Of a DNA stretch of 64,000 nucleotides, positions 22,222-36,328 are shown one piece after another. The stretch is from Podarcis cretensis (taxonomy: Eukaryota). The position numbers were made by a program, and so were the translations under genes. The notes below the pieces were generated by a model. The model was not told the DNA's origin and searched no databases. It saw only the letters and a list, made by a program, of their open reading frames with translations. The stretch covers positions 39,866,001 through 39,930,000 of the forward strand of contig OX638159.1 of the NCBI GenBank assembly GCA_951804945.1. The letters run 5' to 3'. The first letter of the stretch is position 1, and each line of letters opens with the position of its first letter.

Positions 22222-25200
22222 TATACACAAAATTTGATTCCCTTCCTTGATTTTTGTTGCTTTAACTTTTGTATTCTACTCACCTGCTGCCCCTCTATGA
22301 TTTTCTAATGATTGTTTTTTATGCTTTTAGTATTCTGTTGTAAGGCACTCTGAGCACCTTTTCTGAGGCAGGAAAAGAGCCTATGCATTTAAAAGTACTG
22401 TAATTTTCAAAGACATCTTCAGAGCTTCGCAGTCAGTGGAAAGTCCTATTTTGAGCAATGAGACTTTCTCCCAAGCAGCTGTGTGTTAGTAAATAAGGCA
22501 GTAAAGAAGAACATGCAATAGGTAATGGAACAATTAACATATATGACAGCTCTGTGATCACATACATCCCTTGTTTTATCTGAAAGCAAAAGTACACTAC
22601 AAATGATTACAAAAATAGTTCCATCTGTTTTTCTTTCATCCTTCTTGAAAGGAGGGAGAGGGAAGGGATTTGAGCAACAGACCAGTTGTGATTCCCAGCA
22701 CAAATTCCTGTGCCGTGTGCCTCCATAAATCACTAATTGTAGTGAATTGAAAGCATGCTGAAATATCCAGACTTGTTATAGAGTTGTTTCCAGTATATAA
22801 TGCCCTGATATTTTAAAATATTGATTGTTGGAGGATGAACAATTTTAGTACTGTGTGTTGATTTACTGCTTCTAGCTATTTTATGGCAACTTTGCATTTT
22901 TAGCTTGTAACTTGAAGATACTTTGATGTAAAAACTGTTAAGTTAAACAAATAAATTAATGAACAAACACACCAGTATTCTAAGCATTTGTTTCATCAAT
23001 CACATCCAGCATTCAGCACTATTTCTTTTCTTATACTATGTTTGGGCTAGTGTAGCTATCACATAACAAAAACACCGGTTGTCAAATACGCCTCTGGTCC
23101 CAGGGGGTGCAGTGTCGCATGGAACAAAATTAACTTGGCTACCTCTCTCCCCTTTGGTTATAATATGGGGGAAAGTTCCACATTCTGCCTCCTAAACTAA
23201 TCCAGGGGCCTCCTCATCAAATCCAGGGGCTAGAGAGATGGAAATGTAGATACCTTCTGCAGCAGATGCCTGGGCTTCATGTTTTGGGATTCTTGCCTTA
23301 AATTAAACTGATCTAATACATCAAAGATTAGTTCAGAATGAAAGCAGGCGTCTAATACTGATTTAATTCTCTGTGACCACATGGGGGAAGATAAAGTAGT
23401 CTAATGATGGCATCTTAAGTTTTTTAAATGGACTATTTAAAATAAAAACAGTCATAAAAGCCTTTCTGAATAATAAAAAAAAATGTTTTCACCACCCACT
23501 GAAAAGTAGGTTTGCAGCTCTTCCTAGGTGCCACCAGTGAAAAGGCTATGCTCTTTGCAACTGCCAATTGGATAGTTGCTAATGACAGGTCAGGGAGCAG
23601 TGCCACTTATATCAGTCTCAAGACCTGAGAGGCTCTGTGTAGCCACATATGGTCTTAAGATAGTGCTGGACCATTTTGGGTAGATGCACCACTGAAATAA
23701 GCTCCAAATGCTTAAATGAAGGAGAACTGAAACAGGTAGTTTACCTGACAGTTAGAAAGAAAGATCAGAATCACAGAGGCAGAAGGAGCAGACGATGGGA
23801 GGGAGCAGACATAACAGGGAGCAAAGCAACAATTTCTTCCAGTGGGTCAGAGTAATCAGCACAAGTGGTGAAACTCCATGCTGTCTACATTGACTATAGG
23901 TGGAGGTTGATGGTTCTCAACTTACTATCCAAAACACAGACAATGAGAGCAGACAGGATGAGTTATATTGTCAGTTAATTTGGTAACCAATTCTGCCTTA
24001 TACTTTGAGAATGACTGTTGTAGACTATCCCTTCCTTTATACTCTCAAGTATATAGAGACTGGTTGCTGAAGGCTTCAGAGGAATCAGTGATGGATATAA
24101 CTACCAAATGCTTTGGCTCTGGTCACCCTCAGCATATTCATGACCTCAGCTTGCACTCTCTTGCTAATGCTCTTCTGGGCTCTGGCTGAACATTAAACAC
24201 ACATGGATGACAGCACAGAATCCAGTGCAGTCTTGCATTTCCGAGGCCTTGCAGCAGACCTGACCTTTTTAAGGGGCGTTAATTAGATGCCCTCCATCCT
24301 CCAACTTTGAAATATTTTAGAAAAGACATCAACAAAGCCCTGAAATTTCAGAAGAACCCTGTTTCCAGTCACCAAGACAAGCTAGTCTGAGCATTTGAGA
24401 GAAATGGGTGCTAACACCATCATATGGCTAGGAGGAGGCAGACCCTTAGCCAACAGATTGCTCCAATGAAACTACAAAGGTTGTTTACAACTGAAGGACA
24501 AAAGTTTTGACCATTCTATTTTGTATGTCCCCAAAGTATATTGAAGTAGAAGGCACAACCGCAAGTGCTGCCTTAACAAACGGATGCATGCACAAAGCAA
24601 AGGCTGGTTACAAATATGTACAATGCCAGGATAAACATCATAGGCTGAAGAGATAGTGAAGAAAACCTACAAATCACTTCCATATTTAAAATCAAATTAG
24701 TTTAGAATGATTAATCATATTGCAAAGCACACCAAAGACATGACTATTGTAAATAATCACCACTGTATTTTATATGGTATGTCGGGTTCACCCTTTCAGT
24801 ATAGCTGAAAGAGGAAACAGCTGGCTTTTTAAACTTTCTGACAGCTGTTGCAGTGACTTCCAAAAATACATTAAAAGAATTTCCAAGCTTTGACTTTCAA
24901 AGCTTTATTTGTAAGGTAGAGCTTAACTATGTCACAGAGACCTTTATTTGTTTCGCTGCTAATGTTCCATCTCTACAATGTGCATTGTTAAGTAATGAAT
25001 TACTTTCATTAAAAACTCCAAACATTACACCCAGATTCTACACATCTTGGAACCAAGTCCCCATGATTTCCGAGAAATCTGTTTCCCAGCTTGCAAAGGG
25101 TGGCTATCTAGAACCCTAAGTGTCTAGGAAGGGAACTTATTACAAATGATGCATAAATTGAAGTGTGTCTGTTTCCTATGCCCAAGACAGTTTTAAAAAC

Positions 25201-27916
25201 CTGGATGAATTTAAAGCTGGTTGGCATATCTGCTGCATGTGTGTCGCAGTGTACCAGGTGCCATGGGGATCTACCGGTAATCAGAAGCCTTATGAACTAG
25301 GCAATGTTCCTTCCTGCCGCACTAGCAGGGCTAACTGGTCAGAGGAGGGAACTTGAGACCAGCCTTTCCCAGCCTGGCGGTCTTCAGATGTTTTGAACTA
25401 CAAATCCCAGCAGTCCCAGTCAGTATGGCCAATGGGAAGGAATGATGGGAAATGTCAGTCCAAAACTTCTGCAGGACACCAGGTTGGGGGAGGTTGCTCC
25501 AGGCGCTTGCCATCCCTTGACCAAGTCATTGTGTTTGGCATTGTGACATGTGTGAGGGAGCAACAGAAATGTGCTCTTTGCTTTATAGTGCTCTCAATCT
25601 GCCATCTCAAAAAGGGCAATAAAAGCAGGAAAAGTATGCCTTTAAACCTTGGAACATTCCAGAAAAGGCTGTGAATCACTGTATTTGAAAAGTCAGGACT
25701 GCAAAAAACGACAGAGAGAAAATGTTGCAACACTTCTCCCCCATTTGCCCCAGAACTGCAGTGCACAAAGCAGGTAGGCAGACAAAACAGATGAGTGAAT
25801 CCACCGATCAAAGCAATGAAGGTCTCCTTCCCCAGGAAAAGAAGTGTTAGCTGTTCTGGAAGAATGAACTCACTGGCACTCTTTTCATTTCCAGCAGAGT
25901 AGCGGGTGGCACAGGAAGAGGAGAGACAGATGAGAAGCAGAGGAGACCAAGACGACAAATAAATTGCAGAAGAAGTTTACAGAATGGAAAGGGGAAGAGA
26001 GACAGAAAGGAAATGACCAAACAGAAAATAAAAATGGGAATATTTCTGATCCTAAGCTATGTTAGACATGTCTAAACCCACTGAAATTGGTTCAGATGTG
26101 CCCAACTCTGCACCATGCAGAAAGTTAGCAACATCAGGAGAGAAAGAGAACCACTATGAATTACCAGTGAAAGGTTAGTCAAAATTGCACCCTTTGCTTC
26201 AATCGGATTAGCCTATTCTGTGCACATGATTTGTTTCTGCTGAATAAATTAGTAGGTTAGGAGTAAACTAAAAACTACACTGAATGAGACTGCTGCTACT
26301 TGGGTGCTTCAAAGCACAGCTGCTTCATATAGAAGAGGAATTCAAGTTGTTGGCTTTCCTGCTGGATGGTTTGACTGAAATTTTGAAATCGCGATCCTTG
26401 CTTGCCACTTAGTGGAGAGCTCATAGGATCAGGCCCAGAAAGCACTAGGCTTTCTAACATCGCACATCTACTGCCAGTGCACACCACACCCTCCTTTCCA
26501 TTTCATTTGACCTCCTAAAGCGCACCTCCTGTAAAAGCCTCAGCAAAATTAAAGAAAGCTCTGCAATGACAGTACTTGGTGGATTGCAATTGTAATCTCC
26601 AAGTGCAAGCCCTGCAAATCTTAAAGTGTACTTTAAAAGCCTAGTGGGAGTATTTAATCAATCACAAGAGAGGGAGACTTTGGTACAAAACCAAAACTGT
26701 GATAAAACGGCTAATTAGTAGATGCAATGGAAGAAAGATGGATGTACTGTCTCTAAATTCCAAACAATAAAACTAATTACTGGAGAGAATGCATAAACAA
26801 TCTCTCAGGGCCTAAATGAGGTCCCCCACAAGGTAACAAATCTCCTTAACTCTGAAGCAATGGAAGTGGATAAATACATTCCTGATTTACAAATGTACTC
26901 AAATACTGCATTGTATACTAAAAGGGGGGTAGCAGCTATCACAGCCTCTAGACAGAACAACCTCTTCATTGTCACCTGGCAGACGACATCAAAGGAGATG
27001 CAAGATTTCATTGCTGGAAGGAAGAACTAACAACTCACCACTGGTTCTTGTTTGGTGGTTTGTTTAGCTAGGTTCTAGAGCACTTGTGTCACTGTTGTTA
27101 TTTTAAGAGATTTCTTACATGTCACAATTTTAAAAAGGCAGTATTACAGTAAGTTTTAAATTTAAGAATTCACCACTGGAAAAACAGGGTGGGTCCTAAT
27201 GTCTGTCTGTCTGTCTATTTCAGGTGTCAAAGGCCCAGGTAAAGAGACACGTCTTCAGCATATACTAAAAACTATGCAATGAAGATGCCAGATGCCCCTC
27301 TGTGGGAAGGGAATTCCACAGCTTAGGGCTGCCACTGGGAAGCAGGAAGTATTTCACAAATCTGTGCCTAAAACGCTTAAAACTTTAAACACTAATGTGA
27401 ACACCTTGAACTCGGTGGGCCAGGAAATGAACCGGCAACTAGTGCAGCTGTTATAAAGTAGGAGTTACGTTAAAAATGGTTAAAAATGGAAGACCAGCCA
27501 GGAGTCAGCATGTAAGCTGAGTGTGGGGAAATTCAAGCTTGCCTGGAAGGTTTCCGCTTCCTTAAAAAACTGTCTCACACAAGCCAGCATCAGAAAGCAA
27601 GGATTGCCAGCTGACCTTCCCTGAAGAGCACCAGAGGATCATCTTTAGAGTGTTAATGTGAGAGGGAAAGCAAATCAACAAAGGTTGCCAACCAAGAAGA
27701 GTGATCATGACTGGGTGCTTAACATGAGGTTCAGCACAAACAACCAGGTATTTTGCACCCTTACATTGCCCAGTTAACTAGTGACCACTTGGTCACTTAT
27801 CCCCTTTGAGCCAAAAGTGTTTGGACTTTGAGCAAACATTTCAAGCCTCTGGAACACTGAACACAAGTTCAGTGGTTACACTTTCCTGCCTTCTTCCTGT
27901 TTGGCCAGGGCTCCTA

Positions 27917-27919
<3 letters not shown>

Positions 27920-27947
<28 letters not shown>
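27920..27947. repeat. (AAT)n microsatellite
   Basis: Direct reading. Confidence 0.9.
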
Positions 27948-27948
<1 letters not shown>

Positions 27949-29229
27949 TTTATATGCCACCTATCTGGCTGGGTTTCCAGTAACACACACACACATGCAC
28001 ACACAATTCTACAGATAAGGGCCAAAGTGTAGTGTCCCTGCTTTCAAATCTGCTCTCATTATTATGGGATCTTTACGTTTAATTCTAGGTTAGTTTCTAT
28101 AGGAAACTAAAAGTAACACATGCATAGCCTGTCCGTAAAGCACAAATGAACATCTTAACCAGGAAGGTGTGGCCAGTGGAATTCACAGGTGGCCTTCTTC
28201 AGCCTCTACTGCAGGGGAACAGAACCACCAATTAAGTTGATCAAAGCCTTTCTTGACAGGAAGGGCCACTTTGAGAGGTGAATAAAGCTTTGAAGATTAC
28301 ATTTCTATAAGAGGGATGGGGAGTTAGATTATTTTGGAGAGCCCGACTTGTAATTTGCATGATACAATGACCATTTTGAAATTTAATGAACTAGCTTGGT
28401 TAATTAGAATAGAATGGAATGTACTTACAGTGAAACCCCATAGATACAGGTATACGATTACAAGGCTCATTTCTGGTACAGTAACTGACTTTTGTGTCTG
28501 ACCAGAGCAAAGGAACGAGCCAGACCTGGCAGCAGAATATGTGCTCTTACTACAGTGGTTCTTTTCCCTCTTGGCCACAATTTCAGGGGGAAAAATGCTT
28601 GCGCCACACCAAATTTTAATTGATAAGAAATACACTGGAAAACAAAAAGAAATAACTCCTAGCAATACTTGATTTATAGCACAGAACACAACTACTTTAT
28701 AATATGATCATGGAACATCCAGACAGTATAACACAATGCAACTACGTAAGAACATGAGTCATTCCCATAATTTAATTATAAATGAGCATCTTGCATACGC
28801 ACCTTAATTATGTATTCAAACTCAATGACAGGCGTGAGCTTGTTTTTGCTGGGTAATCTCATTTATATTAGGTCTAATTTGAGACAAAAAACCTCTCATC
28901 TCCTCATTAACACAAAGAAGCCTTTCTGTTTTCTGATCTTTCTTATTTGTCAGAGTTGGAAAATCCCTGTTCACAACAATATGTCATGGAGAACTATAGA
29001 AGAATAGCCAATGCTCTTTAAGAGAGTCGTGGATATTGTTTCTGGTTGTATTTACTATACATATATTACTATACTATACTATACTCCTGAAATATTTAAT
29101 TATTATTTTTTGTCCTTGAATCTCCCTGCCATGCTTGCCATCCTCCCCTTTGAGAACCATTCTCTTACTACACGGCAACAGCACCATCCCTTTCTGAAAG
29201 GGATGTGAAGGAGCAACAGAATTACAGGC

Positions 29230-29413
29230 ATGAGTAAAGCTGGTTTATGCTGAGCCAGACCTTTGGTCCATCCAACCTAGTATCGTCTACAATGACTGAC
29301 AGTGGCATTCCAGTGTTACAGGCTTTCCCAGCCTACCTGGAGAGGTCGGGGACTGAACCTGGGACCTTCTGCATGCAAAGCAGATGCTCTACCACTAAGC
29401 TATGGCCCTTCCC
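29230..29413 (-). mobile_element. tRNA-derived SINE
   Basis: Reverse complement GGGAAGGGCCATAGCTTAGTGGTAGAGCATCTGCTTTGCATGCAGAAGGTCCCAGGTTCAGTCCCC, followed by the SINE body. Confidence 0.82.
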
Positions 29414-32400
29414 TTTTAAATAACGTTGTGATGCTCCTGCCGTGTTCAGCTGAGTTGGGCTGAGGAGCAAGCATCAGAGTGCAGCCTGCCTCATGCTGCT
29501 TGTGCATGCCTGTTCTGATGTAAACACTTGCATCTATGCACACGGCTTCATTATTACATCCGGTCACAGGCCAAAGGGCATTTAAGCAACTGAACCCCCA
29601 TCATCTCCAAGGAGAAATCAGGTTGATAACTGATTTGCTTTGTAAAGGAGCTTCCACATATTTATCTCTCCCCCACCCCCAGTCTTTTAAGAGGCCCAAT
29701 GTGGTCATTTTGCTCTTAAAACATTCTGAACGACTTGTCTAGTGGGATATTAATGTGTCTATGAAAAGCCAAGCTACCAGAACTCACAGCACTGACATAC
29801 TGCTACTTGGAAGGGGGGGAAGCAAAACGCCGACTGGGTTTTGCAATAGCATCAGAAACACAGACATATAAAACCGTTATGATTTATGCTTCCAGTATTT
29901 CCACTGTGCAAGGCACAGACATGATGCCTTTGTTCTATTGTTTACAGGAACAATTCACACATACACTGTATTTAAAACATTTCCCAAAACTGCTGAAGAA
30001 ACATACTTCAAATGTTTTGATAAAAGAAGATTGACCAAGTGTTTCAAAAAGAGAACATACCAGTACTGCAAACGGATAGGAGACATGATAATGTGAAGGC
30101 CAGATGTCATCCCAGACAGCACAATGATGTACACAATGTTACAAAGCGGGTCTTATAAGATACAGGAACCTCCTTACTAGATCAGATCAATAATTCAATT
30201 AGTCTACAATCCTAGTTGTGGCTCGCATTCTTAAGGTATTCCGCTGACCCCAGACCTCTGAGCACATTTTACACAGTAAGTAAAGATCAGAGTAGCTGGG
30301 GGGAAAAACCCTAAATGGTACCAGAAGTATAACAGAGGAATGACTGAAAGCCTCTTCTCAAACAGACAATTATGAAGAGAGACCAAGTTCTTCAATCAAA
30401 ATTTTATCTAGTGTAGTCAGCTCTGGCTTTTATGTCTGGGCTGGAAAAATCCTAGATGTCTGGGCATGGAGGTGCCTACATATGTGATGCTGGGGCCTAA
30501 CGTTTGAAATGATTTCCCAAAGGATTTCTTAGAGAACACGTACATAACCACATAGTGATCGAGTCACATTTCTTGGGCATCGCAGAAGTGACCTGGCACA
30601 AAGGCATGTTGTACCTTGAGGGTGCAATCTGACAAGCGCTGCGTTTTTTTCCAGCCCCATCTACTCCCCATGGAAGAAACAGGAAAAACACTTGGTAATT
30701 TTTTCTCTCCTAGAGGTATTTTCTAGCCACTCAGTGGGGACTGGAAGCACCATAGCAGTGCCTAGTAAGTGGAAGTCCTCTATGGGGTAATATGGCTGAT
30801 AGGAACTGGTGCAGCTATGGCATGGGCTGTGCAGTCGACACCTGGGGGGGGGACCTCTGGCCCTCCACATGCTGTTGGTCTTCAACTCTCATCCTCTCAT
30901 CAGCCCCAACCAGCATGACTTAATGGTTAGTAATGATGGAAGCTGTAGTTCGGCACACCATGGATTCCTCATCCTAGGTCTGCACAATTAACACTCTGAA
31001 ATATGCAGGTGAAGGTGCCTATGTAAAACAACAACAATAACTGCTTATTTCCCCACAATCCCACTTTGACCATTTCTGCACACAGCTAGGAAATTCATCT
31101 TGAGGTATAAAGCCAATGATTACTTCAAAAGCATTAAGATTTCTAGTTTGTTCACAAACTGCTACATGTCTCTAAGGTATCTCAATGGGGTTTCATCTTT
31201 GCATGTGCTAAGCAGACACGCTGCAGAACCCAAATGGTCAGATGCCTGGCTCAAACAAACACACACTAAAAAATATGTAAGAGAAATGTCATTTCTTCTG
31301 AAACATGAAACTTTTCAACAGTAAAAATTACAACTCTGGCAGAAGAAGCTATTGGACATTATGCAACATGCCTCGCCCCCCCCCCAACAGGAATTAATTA
31401 ATCAAGGCTTTGACCACTGTGCACAAATGTGATTAGGAAAGTTGCTTAATGCATACTTTTAATCAACTTGAGTTGAGAACATGCAAGGGGAGAGTTAATT
31501 AGAAAAAATGACTACACTAGTGAAGCTTATCAGCTACTTATTATTTATCAGAATAACTTTCAGTAAATGGTATGACATATTGTACAAAAATCGTGTTCAA
31601 ATCCAGTTTGAGCTCTTTGATAAAATATATTTGGACATGAAGACCTAGGTTCAAATCTCACTTCAGATATGAATGCATTAGGTGGACTTGGGAAATCATC
31701 ATCTATTTGGCCTTTTAAAAAATATGAATAACACTGGTTAATCTGCAGATAAAACACTGCATGTTTCCCTGTCTATAGATTATTGTTATTGCCATTTTAT
31801 CAATCTTTTATATAAGGTGACGTAGAGGGAACCCCTAGGTTGAACCTCTATTGGAAGGAGCACCTACTATTTTACTCTGTCTGCTCTTCAAGGTTTTCTT
31901 CTGAGGCCCTTCTCCATGTACCTCTTCCATCAGAGATAGAAAATCATCTAAACATTGGTCTGCAGCAAATGGGTTGAGATGCACTACCGGGCTGCCGCCT
32001 GATCTAACATGGGACACAACCGGAGCCCAAACACCATAAAAACACATGACATATTATATATATATATATATGGTGTGTCCCCAAATGCATGTTTGGGTTA
32101 AAGGTGGGTCCCAAGTCTGAAAAGGCTGAAGACTACTGATCTAAAAGGATTTCCTTGCCAGTGGTGTCTGAGTTATGAAATGACCTCTCCAAACAGAATG
32201 CCTGCTATCATTTAGGTGTCAGAAAAAACACTTTTATTTAACCGAGGCATTTTAATATATGTTATTAATTTAACTGAGGAAGAGTTAGTCTTACTTGCTG
32301 TTTTCTTGTTTTTATTTGTTTTATGCTGTACGTGACCTGGACATCTGATATGATGAAGGGTGGTATAAAAAATATTTTAAATCAACCAAATAATAATGAA

Positions 32401-33487
32401 AATCATGCCTGGACAGAGCAACATAATAATAAATATGAATGAAGTAGTTAGACTGTTCTGACTTACCAGCAAGTCCAGGCTTTAGGATTAGTGCTTTTAG
32501 TGGATGATTGACAAACTGGAAAAATGTTCAGAAAGCAACTAAGAAGGCAAAAAAAATTTGAATGCCAGACTTATGAGGCAAGGACGAAGGAACTGGCTAT
32601 GTTTAGTCTATAGGAAAGAAGGGAAGGGGGGGGGGGAGAAAAGCTTAATTATACTAGTAAATAATGGTTAGATTTTTATCCATGATGAAATTCAAATAAA
32701 GTGTATTAATCAGTTTCATCAATCACTAATGTGTGCACATGGAAATGTAACTTTGTAGAAAAATTACTGGCAGAGCAGTTTGATTTATACCTAGCTTTGC
32801 CTCTTACTCTATACACTCTAAGAAACACCAATTGTCTAGACTGGAAAAAATGGCCTTTAGAGCTGGGCTAAAATACAGAAATCAGAGTCAACCCTGTTCT
32901 ACAGATAAGCATGTTGCAAAAACCTTGTTCCAAGGAACCTTGAAGTGTCTCAAGAGACAGTTAATTTTTCCTTAATGATAAAATGTGAGGTCAAGGTGCC
33001 CAAGGGACAGTTTGTTCACCATTACAGATCTCTTGCTATGGTGAAGTGTAGCTTTAAGGTAACTACAAGGGAAAAAGGGAGCCCTGCATTCTGATTGTTC
33101 CATCTGCTTGCCCCCTGTATGCTGTTCTGGCGGTTCTTCAGACCCGCTCCTCCCGCCCCCCCCCCCCCCCCGCAACCAATTTGTGAAGGGCAAAGGAGAA
33201 GATGTGGGAAAGACACATTGCACTAGTGGGACTCAATGTGCTGACTCCCTCTAGTGCACATACTCGCTTGAATCTGGCCCAAGTTATTAGCAATTACATA
33301 GGGCCTTTTGAGAGTGCATTGGGATTTCCATATATCATTCCAGCAATCCTTAAAACCACTCTATGAGGAAGGTCAGCACCATTATCCTCATATTTAGATA
33401 ATGCTACGGCACAATCCAGTTGAACAGAACCATTAGGCCCCAGCTCCAACATTTCAAACCTTCCAAGGACCCCAGAAAAAGTTAAGT

Positions 33488-33875
33488 AAGTAAATTTTTA
33501 TTTATACCCAGCCCTCCCAGCCAAGAATGGGCTCAGGGTGACTAACATCAAATACATCAAAATACAATCGAACAATTGATTAAAATATAGCTTAAAAATT
33601 AGTTACAGATAGGTAGCCATGTTGGTCTGCCATAGTCAAAACAAAATAAAAAAAATTCCTTCCAGTAGCACCTTAAAGACCAACTAAGTTAGTTCTTGGT
33701 ATGAGCTTTCGTGTGCATTTTTTATTTTGTTCTTAAAAATTAGAATCAGGATAAAATTAAATGACTGCAGGGAACCTCAAGTATTCGTCAGGGCAGCTAT
33801 CCATGTTGGTCCCACATGAGCTGATAAAAGGGCCAAAGAGGTAACTTACAGGGTCCCATAGAAGGGGTCAAACTG
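33488..33875 (-). mobile_element. LINE (L2-like) 3' UTR fragment hosting a Penelope insertion
   Basis: ttttattatacccagccctcccagccaagaatgggctcagggtgactaaca is the reverse of the L2-type tail seen at 14530-14585. Confidence 0.6.
33603..33731. mobile_element. Penelope-like element terminal fragment
   Basis: gtagccatgttggtctg...gtagcaccttaaagaccaac...atgagctttcgtgtgcat is the common vertebrate Penelope terminus. Flanked by 12-bp direct repeat cttaaaaattag (33591-33602, 33732-33743). Confidence 0.75.
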
Positions 33876-35669
33876 GGCCTGGGACATCCCATTTTCTTGT
33901 GCAAGATCTTGGCAGCCATTTTGTGTGCCGTGACCTTGCATCCTCTCACACTGTGCTCTTGTCCTGATAAAGCACTTTTTCAGGGCCGCATGAGATCTTG
34001 CCTCCTAAAAGCACTTTTTCGGGGCAAGAGTGAGGTACAGGTTGAGTAACTCACCCAAGAGCGTCCGGGAAGATGTGCATCCCAGTTTTGTGTTGGAAAA
34101 AGTTGGAAGGTATGTCCTTCTGGTATCAGCCAACTAGCCACAAGAGGATTAAAATTGGAATGGAGAACTTGAAGCCCTCCATATGTTGTTGGACTATGAC
34201 TCCCGCCAGCCCCTGAGCAGGGGCTGAGGAGATTTGGAATCTAACAGCATCTGGAGGGCTGCTGGTTCTCCATGTGTGGACTAAGGAAAAGACAAAATAC
34301 GCAAAAACTGTGGGACCTCAGTTGGTCACAACAGTGACCCAAGCCAATTGCATTTGTGAGCCGTATAATAAAGGGTCTTCTTCTTAATGTTGGGTGACAG
34401 GGTAAAGACATCTCTTTGGGCTACCAAACTCTCAAGGACCCAAATGCTTGCATGCTTGCGATAAACTCTTGGTATCCTATGACTCATTGTAACTTGTTAT
34501 GCTTATGTCCTGTTCTTCCAAGGAATTCAGCTCAGTATGCATGGGGTCTGTTTTATTATTTGCTCATGTAATGGAGCCATCTATTTTGTTGCACTGTTTA
34601 TGACTCATGTTTTGATGCCTTAGTGGGGAATTAAGATCTTAGGTTGTCACCCCATCTCCAAGATTTTGTCAGAGCTGGAAATAAATTCTTAATCTGACTT
34701 TTCATACAAAGTTTAACCTGTAATTATTATAACATTTATGAGCCCTTGGAAATTTTTATTCAAGCCAGCAGAAAGGTCCTTAGCATGTAAATGCTTTAGG
34801 AAGCATTCAAAACTCAAGCACATCTAAGTTTGGAATGCAGACATTGAACAGCCTGATGCTACATACTCAAAGACCAGCCAGGGAATGCATTTAACTATCT
34901 TGCTTCAAATATTAACTCAGGTTGTGCATGCTTTTGAAATGGCTGGAGTAATCACTTCCAGAGTGGAATATGTTTATATAACAGTCACCCAAACCAACTT
35001 AATCTGGATTTAAACAGAAAATTAAGCCCCATCATCAAAAATATTTAACCACCTAGCAGACAAGAACTAAGTCCATTGCATTAAATTGTCAAATTGGGGC
35101 AAGACTGTGCTGGATGAAAGCTGTACTCTCTCCTCAAAATGGAGAAAGAAGGAAAGTCGATATTCACAAATGGGGTGCATTATATATATATATTTCTTTG
35201 CAAGAAGGTAAAAAGGATGTATTGAAACACCTTAGGAAACTCTCAGCCCTCCTTACACAATGGATCCTAGGTGGAAAGAGTAGCGTGTTTTTGTTCAATG
35301 CACATTATGAGACATTATTTTCCATGTGTCGTTTGCAGAACTAGATTTTTCACCCTATGCCTACATAGATAATCACTGTTAAGTTTTTTGTCTTTCGTCT
35401 GGAGTTTGCTGTGTCTGAATTTTTAAACTCTAGGTGTCATTAGAATTTCCAGTTTCTTTCTATTTATTCATCTAGGCTAAACATATGCAACACTGTTAGT
35501 AACACGCTACCAGTGAGATCATAGAACTGTAGCGTTCGAAGGGACCCAACCCCAATCTAGTCCGACCTCTTGCAATGCAGGAACCACGGCGGTCATTATG
35601 ACTGGTGGTGTGTTTGCATGGAGAATTAGAGAGATCGTTGGGAGTAGAGGAGAGACACAATGGTTTGAG

Positions 35670-35985
35670 TGGTGGTGACATATGACAGAGTTTTCTCTGT
35701 AGCGGCCTCCATGTTATGGGACTACCTCCCCTCTGAGTTGCAGCTGGCATCATCAGGATGCACTTCTTTACCTAGGCTTTTGTTTGAATTGATATCTTTC
35801 CCCCTTCTGCACTGCTGTGCATTACTGCTCTCCTCTTCTATTACTCTGATACTGGTTGTTTTTGTGATTTTTAATTTTATTTTAGTAACCCTATCGTACA
35901 TTGTACTTAATGTAACTGTGATCTTTCTATAACCCAGACTGGGACCATTTGGTGAAGGGCGGGCTGTAAGTCCAAACAATAGGGA
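35670..35985 (+). mobile_element. Decayed L2 3' fragment
   Basis: DRVFSVAASMLWDYLPSELQLA resembles L2 DRAFSVAAP.LWN.LP, with a gaagggcggg tail. Confidence 0.65.
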
Positions 35986-36096
35986 AATAAACATTTTTCT
36001 TTAAGTCTTTGTGATAGATATGACATCCCTATTGATGGAGGCAGAGTCACTTGATAGCAAGGATGATGGATTGTAACACCGTCCCTAAGTGCAGTA

Positions 36097-36328
36097 CAGT
36101 GGTACCTTGGGTTAAGTACTTAATTCGTTCTGGAGGTCCGTTCTTAACCTGAAACTGTTCTTAACCTGAAGCACCACTTTAGCTAATGGGGTCTCCTGCT
36201 GCCGCAGCACAATTTCTGTTCTCATCCTGAAGCAAAGTTCTTAACCCAAGGTACTATTTCTGGGTTAGCAGAGTCTGTAACCTGAAGCGTATGTAAACTG
36301 AAGTGTATGTTAACCCAAGGTACCACTG
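36097..36328. mobile_element. Tigger-like MITE family B
   Basis: TA+CAGTGGTACCTTGGG ... CCCAAGGTACCACTG+TA. Confidence 0.9.

Noticed and set aside
25455-25958. 167-aa minus strand ORF
   Set aside because: Low-complexity Leu/Phe/Ser composition from a pyrimidine-rich strand, ending in a hAT MITE, with no family motifs.
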